Below are positions 8,649 through 16,524 of a DNA stretch of 51,601 bases, one piece after another. Each line of letters begins with the position of its first letter. Position 1 is the first letter of the stretch. The notes below the pieces were generated by a model. That model made no database searches and was not told the DNA's origin. It saw only the letters and a program-made list of their open reading frames with translations. Origin of the DNA: a virus (Duplodnaviria; Caudoviricetes); IMG/VR virus record IMGVR_UViG_3300032265_000046, positions 1 through 51,601 of that record. One strand, written 5' to 3'. A program made the translations under genes and the position numbers.

Positions 8649-9114
8649 GTGCCAAAAGTTTTTCAATCAACTTGTCTTCGCGCCATTCATTAGCCCACTT
8701 ACGATGTTTTTCAGCCTCTTCCTTTTGCTTACGTTGCTCTATTGGGCATCGGTCAATGAAGGGATACAGTCGATCACTACGAGATGGGTGTCTTAATTTA
8801 CGGAGCGCTCTAGCCTCAATCTGGCGTACTCGCTCTTTGGACACTCGAAAGAAGACCCCAACATCGTGAAGGGTGCGGTCGTCCCAAAATCGAAACCAAA
8901 GGCAAGCCTTTTCTTTATCGGTCAGTTGTTCCAAAGTTTTTGGAATCAAGCGTTCTAAATCAATTTTGTTGTCAATGTCATCGGACTCTAAAGCCATCCA
9001 CGGTGGAAGGCGCTTAAACACCTCCTGCTCTGGCTCTTCATGGCGACTACGCCAGAGTTTGCCTACCTCTGGGTGAAAGTCTGCCAGCCGGCCTTCAGGG
9101 GTTATCCTGCGCAT
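8632..9114 (-). CDS. Stand-alone sigma70 region 4-like HTH protein
   Basis: RTLHDVGVFFRVSKERVRQIEARALRKLRHPSRSDRL closely matches RpoD region 4.2; no region 2 present. Confidence 0.85.
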   Translation of the reverse strand: MRRITPEGRLADFHPEVGKLWRSRHEEPEQEVFKRLPPWMALESDDIDNKIDLERLIPKTLEQLTDKEKACLWFRFWDDRTLHDVGVFFRVSKERVRQIEARALRKLRHPSRSDRLYPFIDRCPIEQRKQKEEAEKHRKWANEWREDKLIEKLLALRETT

Positions 9115-9271
9115 TTGGCTTACCCTCCATCTTGAGGCGCTTTACCAAATCGACCAGCACCATCGCGTCGTGGCTGTTAGCCTCCTTGGTGTATCGCTCG
9201 ATCTCCGCCACAATGTAATCGCACCCGTGGTCAAAGCCTTTGATGTATTCGCTCATAGTTGATTCATTCAT
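9095..9271 (-). CDS. Hypothetical protein
   Basis: 58 aa from ATG 9271 with AAGGAG SD. Confidence 0.65.
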   Translation of the reverse strand: MNESTMSEYIKGFDHGCDYIVAEIERYTKEANSHDAMVLVDLVKRLKMEGKPNAQDNP

Positions 9272-9285
9272 GTTGTGGCTCCTTT

Positions 9286-9582
9286 TTAATAGTCTTCGCC
9301 GGCACGGGCTGGTTGTGCGCCCAAAAACTGGGGGTTGTATGGCGCGTCGTAATTGAACGGGGCAACTTTGGCATCGCGCTCCCCTTCCAGTTTGAGTTTT
9401 GCCCAATCAGCAGTGCTCAAAATGCGTACAGTGCCTTTATCCAAGGCGTGACTCCAACGCTTGGCATAGACAAACTTAACAGCCTGCTTTAAGGTGCAAG
9501 GGATAGTTTTGTCAATCCATGTGTTGTCGTAATCGCTGTGCATTACAACCACAAAGTCTTTTTTCCATGCTGGGTTTTTCAT
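9286..9582 (-). CDS. Hypothetical protein
   Basis: 98 aa from ATG 9582 with CAGGAG SD. Confidence 0.7.
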   Translation of the reverse strand: MKNPAWKKDFVVVMHSDYDNTWIDKTIPCTLKQAVKFVYAKRWSHALDKGTVRILSTADWAKLKLEGERDAKVAPFNYDAPYNPQFLGAQPARAGEDY

Positions 9583-9595
9583 GTTGGACTCCTGA

Positions 9596-9880
9596 TTAAC
9601 GTGATGTAACTTTGACGGTAAAACGAGCGCTGGTCTTGGTGTAGTTTGCATACTCAACCGCGCCGAACTTTGCAATGAATTTGTCCTTGTCAAAGGTGGT
9701 GACGTTGGAGTCGCTGTAGGTGGCTTTGAAGATAGCGCCTTCTACTACCTTAGCGCCACCGTTGCTGGCGGATTCTTTGATTGCGTCCTTGATAGCCTCG
9801 GCTTGTTTTGTTAAGTCGGCAATCTGTGCCAACAAAGAACCGAGAGTGTCTACGCTGTTGAGGTTTAGGTCGTTGTTCAT
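9596..9880 (-). CDS. Hypothetical early protein (N-terminal coiled coil)
   Basis: 94 aa, first gene after cassette copy 3. Confidence 0.75.
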   Translation of the reverse strand: MNNDLNLNSVDTLGSLLAQIADLTKQAEAIKDAIKESASNGGAKVVEGAIFKATYSDSNVTTFDKDKFIAKFGAVEYANYTKTSARFTVKVTSR

Positions 9881-9999
9881 TTCACTGTTTCCTTCACTGT
9901 ATCGACTGTGCGTTATTGCTGTGTCGATGTGTGTAGTTTAAGCCAGTCTTAAACGATGTCAACAACTATTTGCAAATATTTTCTAGGTGGTTTCCCTAA
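9881..9999 (-). promoter_or_regulatory. Promoter-leader cassette copy 3
   Basis: TAGGGAAACCACCTAG box; TTGACA (9957-62)-16 bp-TAAACT (9935-40); GTTTAAG-N5-CTTAAAC; ATCGAC/GTCGAT hairpin; ACAGTGAAGGAAACAGTGAAATG. Confidence 0.85.
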
Positions 10000-10285
10000 T
10001 ACCGCCCTCAAGTAATCCTAAAGTGTCACTTAGCAAGTCTTCCTCGGTGTAGCCCCAGTGTTTAGGGAATCCTTTCGTGCCAAGCCCGTGAACGCCCGTA
10101 GAGCCTCTGTGGTGCTCTGGGCATAGCGGTATGACACTCATGTGGCTAGAACGCCCCCAACCCCCCGCCAATCGCCTTGGATGGTGCAACTCGGCGGGCG
10201 TACCTGCATACCCCATCCGTCGGCAAACTGCACAACCCAGTTCGGCAACAGCATCCATGTGCTTGCGCTCTGCTTTTGTAGTCAT
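9983..10285 (-). CDS. Ref-like (RecA-dependent recombination enhancement) HNH nuclease
   Basis: VAELGCAVC...AELHH.R...SH..VIPLCPEHHRG..GVH pattern of the P1 Ref family. Confidence 0.8.
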   Translation of the reverse strand: MTTKAERKHMDAVAELGCAVCRRMGYAGTPAELHHPRRLAGGWGRSSHMSVIPLCPEHHRGSTGVHGLGTKGFPKHWGYTEEDLLSDTLGLLEGGIRETT

Positions 10286-10431
10286 TGTTTCCTTTTGGTA
10301 AAACCGACTCTGTTTTTAAGTTCATGGCAAGTCTGGCATCGCCATTGGAATGCACCGTTGCTGTTCTTGCCCTTCACGCCTGCTGGTTGCCTGCGACAAA
10401 CCTGACAGGTTGGTGGCTTCTTATCACTCAT
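10282..10431 (-). CDS. Small zinc-ribbon protein (not in ORF track)
   Basis: MSDKKPPTCQVC...WRCQTCHELK, 49 aa, ATGA overlaps at both ends. Confidence 0.7.
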   Translation of the reverse strand: MSDKKPPTCQVCRRQPAGVKGKNSNGAFQWRCQTCHELKNRVGFTKRKQ

Positions 10432-10703
10432 GCTTGTCCCCTTGCTCTGATTGCGTTTGAATAGTCAACAATCCCTGTCTTCATGTGGTCAAGCAACTCT
10501 TGGATGGTGTATGTTTGTTTTCCACCAAAATTCATTGGGTGCAAAATATTTTTTATTTCAGCACACGCCTCACGTTCTTTTTCTGCTACCAGTTTGGCAA
10601 ACAACTGCAAAGGTTCACCAACACCTGCCCAGCACCATTCTGTTCCGTTGCATAGTTTGTTTGAAACCTCTAAGTACATCTCAATGATTTCATCTTGTGT
10701 CAT
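10428..10703 (-). CDS. Hypothetical protein
   Basis: MTQDEIIEM...FAKLVAEKEREACA, 91 aa, ATGA overlap. Confidence 0.7.
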   Translation of the reverse strand: MTQDEIIEMYLEVSNKLCNGTEWCWAGVGEPLQLFAKLVAEKEREACAEIKNILHPMNFGGKQTYTIQELLDHMKTGIVDYSNAIRARGQA

Positions 10704-11032
10704 TGCGTAACCTTTCCTTCTGCTCTGTTGTTTGCTTGCTCTGTACGCCATATTTCAACTCGTGCCTGCGCACCAATCAAATCCCAACGCAACTTCTCTT
10801 CCTTTTCAATTGCCTCTCGCAAACCCTCAAGCAACTTGACATACTCAGGGTCTGCATATGCATCACGCTCCTGCGCTCCTATTGCTGATTCCAACGATCT
10901 TTTCATCAACAAGGCTTTTAGAGATTTACGAAACTCTTCAATGTAACAACGCTCGGCTTTTGCCTTTGCAAAGTTTTTACCGTTGAGCAATATGTAGTCA
11001 ACGGCTTTGTGGGGGTCTCTGTCTTCGTTCAT
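10700..11032 (-). CDS. Helical hypothetical protein
   Basis: 110 aa, CAGGAG SD. Confidence 0.75.
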   Translation of the reverse strand: MNEDRDPHKAVDYILLNGKNFAKAKAERCYIEEFRKSLKALLMKRSLESAIGAQERDAYADPEYVKLLEGLREAIEKEEKLRWDLIGAQARVEIWRTEQANNRAEGKVTQ

Positions 11033-11035
11033 GTC

Positions 11036-11161
11036 TTACTCCTGTGGTGGACGATTGCTCATCCAATAAAACCAAACAGCGAATATTCCAACAATCCAAG
11101 TCAGTACGCCAGTCAACGCTAACGTCACAAAAATGGCTGTCCAAAAAGTATCAAGCGTCAT
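11036..11161 (-). CDS. Small membrane protein (not in ORF track)
   Basis: MTLDTFWTAIFVTLALTGVLTWIVGIFAVWFYW..., 41 aa, ATGA overlap. Confidence 0.6.
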   Translation of the reverse strand: MTLDTFWTAIFVTLALTGVLTWIVGIFAVWFYWMSNRPPQE

Positions 11162-11667
11162 TGCTTTTTTTCCTGTAAGTTAGCCCACTTAAATTGGTCG
11201 GACATCATCTCGTCGAAGTCAAAGTGGGTTCCAAAACAACCTCGAAAAGAAACCTCTTCTGCATCAAAGCCCCACACCTTGTTGTCATAGATGTGTACTG
11301 CGCTAGGCAGATTGATCAATCCATTTAAAAAGTCTTGACCCCTAAGAGTCACACGCCAAATGCCTGAGCGCGTTGACTTGGACTCAATCAAGTCCCAATG
11401 CTCAAGCAAAGGATATGTCTTACTCTTGAGCATCCAACGTGGCGCTGTATTTTGCACATCAACCCATCCATCCACCGCATCTCCGTGGATATACATCCAT
11501 CGCAGGCATAGCGCAAGGTGCTGACTCAATTTGGTTTTATAGACCTTGCCCCACTTTCCACAGCATGGACAAAACCCACCATCAGCCTCAATCGACTTGT
11601 TCCAGTTGTTGCGCATCTTTGCAAGAAAAGAACCTTCACCCTCAAACATATCAAATTGGTCAATCAT
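11158..11667 (-). CDS. Hypothetical protein (CxxC plus possible winged helix)
   Basis: CPCCG; AAGGAG SD before ATG 11667. Confidence 0.7.
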   Translation of the reverse strand: MIDQFDMFEGEGSFLAKMRNNWNKSIEADGGFCPCCGKWGKVYKTKLSQHLALCLRWMYIHGDAVDGWVDVQNTAPRWMLKSKTYPLLEHWDLIESKSTRSGIWRVTLRGQDFLNGLINLPSAVHIYDNKVWGFDAEEVSFRGCFGTHFDFDEMMSDQFKWANLQEKKQ

Positions 11668-11836
11668 CACTATCTCCTTCACTTGTAAATTCTGGCTTTA
11701 CGGACATCATTGCTTTAGCCATCTCATAAGAGCGGTAAGCAATTCCTTCAATTGGTGGATTCTTTGAGGCTGTTTGCAACAATGCTTGCATGGCAAACAA
11801 AGCCACGACATCAATCCATTCAGGTTCATTTTTCAT
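11660..11836 (-). CDS. Hypothetical protein
   Basis: FAMQALL...AYRSYEMAKAMM pattern common in small phage proteins. Confidence 0.6.
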   Translation of the reverse strand: MKNEPEWIDVVALFAMQALLQTASKNPPIEGIAYRSYEMAKAMMSVKPEFTSEGDSDD

Positions 11837-12098
11837 GTGGCTTCTTCCAAGTTGGCTTTGACCAAGGTTTGTCATTAACTAAAAAATCTGTATCAAGTTC
11901 AGCATCTACAAATTCATCGTCTTCATTTTGCAGAAGACAGCAACTACCACGATTCAATACTTTTATTTCACAACCGTATGGGTCACCATGTTGGTCAATT
12001 TGCCAAAACAATTCTCTTTTGTCTGGCGCAAATGCAATCCCGTACCAACCCGTAGGCTTGTCTTCGTCATTAAGAAAACGAAACGCATATGCAATCAT
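11826..12098 (-). CDS. Hypothetical protein
   Basis: 90 aa, coupled to the rusA stop. Confidence 0.65.
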   Translation of the reverse strand: MIAYAFRFLNDEDKPTGWYGIAFAPDKRELFWQIDQHGDPYGCEIKVLNRGSCCLLQNEDDEFVDAELDTDFLVNDKPWSKPTWKKPHEK

Positions 12099-12442
12099 AA
12101 AATCTCCTTAATTTTGATTTTCAACATTCCACCAATATCTTCTGACCAATAAATGCGTAGGTCAACAATCTGCGAATCGTCTTCATACACACCTGCGTGC
12201 GCCAGCGCATCGAGCGTTGCTTTCAACAGGTTGTCTAAATCCCTGCGTCGTTTGTCTGGTCGCCATGCCTCAATCTCCACGCATAGCCGGCCTGTAAAGT
12301 GTTTGATTGCTTTCTGCAAAATCATCTGGTCACCAACAGTTTCTCGGTACTCTCGCCCTTTGGCAGAAATAATCATTCGACCATCAAAGTTGCGCCAGTA
12401 AGTGTTGACCGATGGAGGCCAAGGCAAAGTTAATTCAATCAT
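12095..12442 (-). CDS. rusA: RusA Holliday junction resolvase
   Basis: LPWPPSVNTYWR, RRRDLDNLLKATLDAL, DDSQI catalytic Asp motifs. Confidence 0.92.
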   Translation of the reverse strand: MIELTLPWPPSVNTYWRNFDGRMIISAKGREYRETVGDQMILQKAIKHFTGRLCVEIEAWRPDKRRRDLDNLLKATLDALAHAGVYEDDSQIVDLRIYWSEDIGGMLKIKIKEIL

Positions 12443-12692
12443 TAAAATTTTCGCTTTCGCTTATCCATGAATTTAGAATAAACATAACATTTCGCAAAAA
12501 TACTTTTGATTCTTCGGTGTCCCCAGTTCGTCCCTCAAGAACAAGTTCCCCAGATTTTTTAAAAAAGAAAAACACAGCCGCGGTTGTTTGCGTATCTGGC
12601 GACGAAAACAATTCACTCAATCTTTTATCTGGCCCTTTTTCCAAACGCATTAAATTAATATTGTCATCAAATTTTTCAGTTTTCATTTCCAT
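12435..12692 (-). CDS. Hypothetical protein
   Basis: 85 aa, fills the operon. Confidence 0.55.
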   Translation of the reverse strand: MEMKTEKFDDNINLMRLEKGPDKRLSELFSSPDTQTTAAVFFFFKKSGELVLEGRTGDTEESKVFLRNVMFILNSWISESENFND

Positions 12693-12925
12693 TCTCCAAA
12701 TTTGCCTCGGTTGCCTTTAACCCATTGGTCTCTAACATCTTTTTCAAGATTAGATTTGGGGTGAAGTTCGTTCCATCCTTTGTGACGTTTCCCAGCATGG
12801 TCAACGTAACCGTAGAGCCATAGGTGTGCGCTATCCCTATCTTTGGCACGCATCCTGATAACTTCCCTAACGAGACAACGGTGACGATGTTCATCTGTTC
12901 CTTGACCTTCTTTTTTCTCATTCAA
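12683..12925 (-). CDS. Hypothetical protein
   Basis: HRHRCLVR...QWVKGNRG..GEW; this frame preferred over the overlapping 12676..12921 frame. Confidence 0.55.
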   Translation of the reverse strand: MNEKKEGQGTDEHRHRCLVREVIRMRAKDRDSAHLWLYGYVDHAGKRHKGWNELHPKSNLEKDVRDQWVKGNRGKFGEWK

Positions 12926-13031
12926 AGTCTAGATCGCCAGTTAATCTCAAAGCCAGAATAATTTTGTACAAAGGGTGCGGAACACCATCCTTGACTTCAT
13001 CCAACAATTTTTTTGCGTCAAAGAAATTCAT
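12918..13031 (-). CDS. Small hypothetical protein (not in ORF track)
   Basis: MNFFDAKKLLDEVKDG...ALRLTGDL, 37 aa, TAATG coupling. Confidence 0.55.
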   Translation of the reverse strand: MNFFDAKKLLDEVKDGVPHPLYKIILALRLTGDLDFE

Positions 13032-13273
13032 TAGAAATCCTCATCTCTTTCGTAATAACTTTTAGGGATTGGCTTGTCGCTCAACTTGTCGATAAGTTTT
13101 TCCATAGGCTTGGCAGGGGGGTAAGAGGGCTTGTCTTCGCTCCATGCGTGATAACTGCATAGCCGTCTTTCCATCATCACTGACCACCGCTTGGTGCAAC
13201 CGGGATGTGTGCAGTACAGCATCGCATCCACATCCACAAAATCATTCTTTCTTTCTGGTTTGGCAAATGTCAT
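13031..13273 (-). CDS. Small Zn-finger-like protein
   Basis: C-x4-C...C-x2-H pattern. Confidence 0.65.
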   Translation of the reverse strand: MTFAKPERKNDFVDVDAMLYCTHPGCTKRWSVMMERRLCSYHAWSEDKPSYPPAKPMEKLIDKLSDKPIPKSYYERDEDF

Positions 13274-14022
13274 TTTGTATATTTCCCATCAATAATTTTT
13301 GCAAAATTTGTTGCGTTAACTATCCACACCAAATCAGGTTGCCACGTCCTGCCATTAGTCTCGAAACCTTTTGCAAGACTTGTGTCGTTAGCAATGTATC
13401 CAAAAAAAGAATCCCACCACGTCAACCCATCTTCCAATGTGTCATACCCCTTGGGCGAATACTCCGATGGCTTACTTGCCTGAATCCATCTGGACTTCAT
13501 GCTGGACTGCCTAGAGCCTTCCCATACCCTTGGCTGAGTGAGATGAGGCAAATGCTTTTGATAAAGTTTTAATAACGCTTTGTGGGGACAAGGAGGGAAC
13601 GGAGTTCCCGACAAAGATGCGTTAGCATCTGTATTTATATTCTGTTCTGTATCTGTTCTGTTTCTGTTCTGTTTGGGGGGGCTTAATGGTTCTTCTTTAG
13701 GAACCTCAATGGTTTTAGGTCTACCGCCCAATTTTGCAGACTTTCTATTTAATTCCACACGCACGTTGTAAGCAAATATTTCCTTATCTGCTCGTGGGTT
13801 GATATAACCGTCTTTAGTCTTTACAAAAAATTCTGCTAACACTGGAGCCACCACATCCTCATCAAGTCGTATGCGTCTAGAAACTAACGCAATGTCTAAT
13901 GGCAATGGTTTTTCGCTCATGTAGTACCAATCCAACAATCGACGGTATGCCAAGTCTTCGGCATCGTCTAAGTGCATGGTGTGTGAGATGTAGTCGCCTA
14001 TGTGGAATTTGTACCATATCAT
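13270..14022 (-). CDS. Replication initiator (DUF1376/YdaU-like)
   Basis: WYKFHIGDY.S.T.HL...EDLAYRRLLDWYY..E.PLP N-terminus; C-terminal W..N..NF.KI.DG.Y; follows the Cro-like gene. Confidence 0.8.
   Translation of the reverse strand: MIWYKFHIGDYISHTMHLDDAEDLAYRRLLDWYYMSEKPLPLDIALVSRRIRLDEDVVAPVLAEFFVKTKDGYINPRADKEIFAYNVRVELNRKSAKLGGRPKTIEVPKEEPLSPPKQNRNRTDTEQNINTDANASLSGTPFPPCPHKALLKLYQKHLPHLTQPRVWEGSRQSSMKSRWIQASKPSEYSPKGYDTLEDGLTWWDSFFGYIANDTSLAKGFETNGRTWQPDLVWIVNATNFAKIIDGKYTK
13628..13720. repeat. Short-repeat tract inside the initiator gene, candidate origin
   Basis: Seven TCTGT units at 13628-13672 and two AATGGTT units at 13685-13714. Confidence 0.4.
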
Positions 14023-14231
14023 TTCGCTGTCTTTCCAAATATGTCGGGTCGGAGTTCCGCCCTCTTCACTTTTCTGCCTGTGCTCAACTCGATGTCACGA
14101 GCCAGTTCGGGGCTAGGCAGTTGTCGCCCCGTAACAATCAGTGAAAACCAAGTCTTGCTAATGCCCAATTTACGAGCCATAGCAATCATTGAGCCTCTTG
14201 GTTTGTCTTTAAAAAATTCTTGTAACGTCAT
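14019..14231 (-). CDS. Cro/YdaS-like HTH regulator
   Basis: MARKLGISKTWFS...G...PS.ELA..IE..T...V...ELRPDIF. Confidence 0.85.
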   Translation of the reverse strand: MTLQEFFKDKPRGSMIAMARKLGISKTWFSLIVTGRQLPSPELARDIELSTGRKVKRAELRPDIFGKTAK

Positions 14232-14255
14232 CTTATTTCCTTTTTGGTTAACTGC

Positions 14256-14307
14256 ATCTTACACCAGAAAAAATAATTGTGCAACTACAGATTAAACATG
14301 ATACACT
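14256..14307. promoter_or_regulatory. Divergent promoter pair
   Basis: Minus strand: TTGCAC-17 bp-TAAGAT (14284-14256). Plus strand: extended -10 TGATACACT (14299-14307). Lies at the strand switch. Confidence 0.55.
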
Positions 14308-14334
14308 TAGGCGTGTTTAACTCAAAAGTGAACT

Positions 14335-14526
14335 ATGAACAGTGAAGACGAAATGCACCAACTAATGTTGGAAAGAATGCAAATGCTTGAGGAGGCTCTA
14401 GAAAGGGCTGAGGCAGGCGTTGCTAGTGGGGACGACTGGAGCATCATTCGCAGTGAATGCGGTGTGCCAAAACGTCCAATTGTGACTTTAGAAACTTTAT
14501 CAATCAGGAGCGAATCATGGGATTAA
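14335..14526 (+). CDS. Hypothetical protein
   Basis: 63 aa, first gene of the plus-strand arm. Confidence 0.65.
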   Translation: MNSEDEMHQLMLERMQMLEEALERAEAGVASGDDWSIIRSECGVPKRPIVTLETLSIRSESWD

Positions 14527-15173
14527 CAGTGAAAGCATCAGGTGGGGCATCCACTTTCAAACAAGTACCGCCGGGGATGCACCTCGCGCGTTGCTACCGC
14601 GTCATCGACATGGGTACTCAAATCACCACTTGGAAGGGCGCTACCAAGCAACAACCCAAGGTTATGTTGCAGTTTGAAGTTCATAGCGAGGATGCTAGTG
14701 GTCACGCGCTGACCACCGACAAAGGCGAACCCTTGTCCATCAGCAAGACCTTTACAGCCAGCCTTGGCGAAAACGCCATCTTGCGTCAAGAACTTGAGAA
14801 CTGGCGCTCACGGGCATTTACCCAAGAAGAACTCAATGGGTTTGAACTCAAGAATGTATTGGGCGCTTGGGCTTTGTTGTCTGTAGTCAAAGAAGTTGGC
14901 AACGATGGCAACGAGTACACCAATATCTCTAGCATTAACCCAGTGTCATCACAAATGAAAAAGGCTGGTTTGCCTGACCCTCATAACGAACTAACAATTT
15001 TTGACATGGAAGACCCAAACATGGAATTGTTTGAGACTTTCAGCAACAAGATGAAAGAGAAGTTACAAGCAACGCCCGAATGGAAAGAGCGTTTTAGTAA
15101 CTCACAATCCTTCAACCCTGTCACTGCCCCCAAAAAAGGGTTTGAAGACATGGATAGTGACATCCCGTTTTAA
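14517..15173 (+). CDS. Putative ssDNA-binding/recombination protein
   Basis: G.HLARCYRVIDMGTQ N-terminus and SSB-like acidic C-terminal tail DMDSDIPF; CAGGAG SD before ATG 14517. Confidence 0.65.
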   Translation: MGLTVKASGGASTFKQVPPGMHLARCYRVIDMGTQITTWKGATKQQPKVMLQFEVHSEDASGHALTTDKGEPLSISKTFTASLGENAILRQELENWRSRAFTQEELNGFELKNVLGAWALLSVVKEVGNDGNEYTNISSINPVSSQMKKAGLPDPHNELTIFDMEDPNMELFETFSNKMKEKLQATPEWKERFSNSQSFNPVTAPKKGFEDMDSDIPF

Positions 15174-15191
15174 TTAAAAAGGAGAGTGGCA

Positions 15192-15446
15192 ATGTTTATA
15201 TCAAAACTGGAAAAGTTAAAACTTATCTCTGGCATCATGGATTTGATGGCAACGGTACAAAAGTTGGATAGCGAAATAATTTATTTGAAAGCCAGAATTA
15301 AAACGCTCGAAGGCAAAAAACCCGTAGTTAAAAAGAAGTCAACGGCAGAGCAACGCGCCAAGCAACGCGAATATGCAAGACGTTACTACGCCAAAAAACA
15401 ATCGGAGAAAAAAAATGTTAACAGTATCAGCATCACGAGCGTCTGA
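15192..15446 (+). CDS. Small basic coiled-coil protein
   Basis: AAGGAG SD 7 nt before ATG 15192; basic C-terminus REYARRYYAKK. Confidence 0.65.
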   Translation: MFISKLEKLKLISGIMDLMATVQKLDSEIIYLKARIKTLEGKKPVVKKKSTAEQRAKQREYARRYYAKKQSEKKNVNSISITSV

Positions 15447-16182
15447 GTCCAACCATTGGTACACCCGTGACGGTGCGCCCATGTATACCGTAGAGGCCAA
15501 GAAGGGCGGACAAAGGGCTACAACCCTGCGTGATGCCCGTACAATGAATCTTGTTCCCTCGGTAACTACAGTTTTAAATGTCGCCGCTAAACCAGCCCTG
15601 CTTGCTTGGATGCAACAACAGGTGCTGTATGCGGCGCTAACCCTTCCACGCCGCCCCGACGAACCTGAAAAGGAATACATCGACCGAATCATCAACGATT
15701 CCAAAGAACAGGGTCGTTCGGCGGCGGATGCTGGAACTGATATCCATGCATCTATTCAAGGACATTATGAAGATAGACCAACAGGAAAACACCCTGAGAG
15801 TGTTAGCGCCTGCGTCAAAGCCATCACAGATCACTTCGGAGAAGCAGTCTGGATTTCTGAGCGTTCATTTGCACACGAGGCAGGTTTTGGAGGTAAGTGC
15901 GATCTATTTTGCGCTGGAACCCTTAACGCGGTCATTGACATCAAGACCAAAGAGTTTAGCGACCCCGCAAAGGTCGATGCCTATGACGAGCACCTTATGC
16001 AACTCTCGGCATATCGAGTTGGTCTAGGCATACCGCACGCACGTTGTGCAAACGTGTTTGTATCTCGTAGCGTCCCCAATCTAGTCGTTGTAAAAGAATG
16101 GCAGGCTGAGGATTTAAATCGCGGCTGGGAGATGTTTATGCACCTCCTGTCGTTTTGGCAATTAAAAAATCAACACCAATGA
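15415..16182 (+). CDS. PD-(D/E)XK exonuclease (RecB/lambda-exo-like fold)
   Basis: PSVTTVL, GTDIH, GKCDL...IDIKT, QLSAY motifs. Confidence 0.85.
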   Translation: MLTVSASRASESNHWYTRDGAPMYTVEAKKGGQRATTLRDARTMNLVPSVTTVLNVAAKPALLAWMQQQVLYAALTLPRRPDEPEKEYIDRIINDSKEQGRSAADAGTDIHASIQGHYEDRPTGKHPESVSACVKAITDHFGEAVWISERSFAHEAGFGGKCDLFCAGTLNAVIDIKTKEFSDPAKVDAYDEHLMQLSAYRVGLGIPHARCANVFVSRSVPNLVVVKEWQAEDLNRGWEMFMHLLSFWQLKNQHQ

Positions 16183-16189
16183 GGAAACC

Positions 16190-16411
16190 ATGTTAAGCGA
16201 AGAAGAAGTCAAACAAATCTTTTTTTATTGTGATCTGCACGAGCCAAATGCGCTCATTGCCGACGAGGTAGACATCGTCCAGTTTGCACATAAACTGGAG
16301 GCATACCTTCAACCCATCATTGCTGGAAGGGAACACCAGAGATGCATACAAATTGTGAACGACATGAATTCAGAGGTGGCTCGCTCGTTGGCAAATCAGA
16401 AGCCGAAATAG
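16190..16411 (+). CDS. Hypothetical protein
   Basis: 73 aa, GAGGA SD. Confidence 0.7.
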   Translation: MLSEEEVKQIFFYCDLHEPNALIADEVDIVQFAHKLEAYLQPIIAGREHQRCIQIVNDMNSEVARSLANQKPK

Positions 16412-16524
16412 AAAAGGCTCTGTTGGAAGCGTATATGAAAGGCTTTGACGACGGTGTCGAAGATGCCGAGCATAACTTCCTACAGACTCAAATGCTGTTA
16501 ATGATGACAGCAGGAAACGCATAA
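16342..16524 (+). CDS. Small hypothetical protein (start uncertain)
   Basis: AYMKGFDDG motif; ends at the terminator. Confidence 0.4.
   Translation: MHTNCERHEFRGGSLVGKSEAEIEKALLEAYMKGFDDGVEDAEHNFLQTQMLLMMTAGNA

Noticed and set aside
7778-9999. CRISPR array or mini-array
   Set aside because: The repeats are degenerate, contain promoters and are separated by whole genes rather than uniform spacers.
15415-16182. cas4 / CRISPR-associated gene
   Set aside because: The PD-(D/E)XK motifs lack the four-Cys cluster pattern and there is no cas context; a recombination exonuclease fits better.
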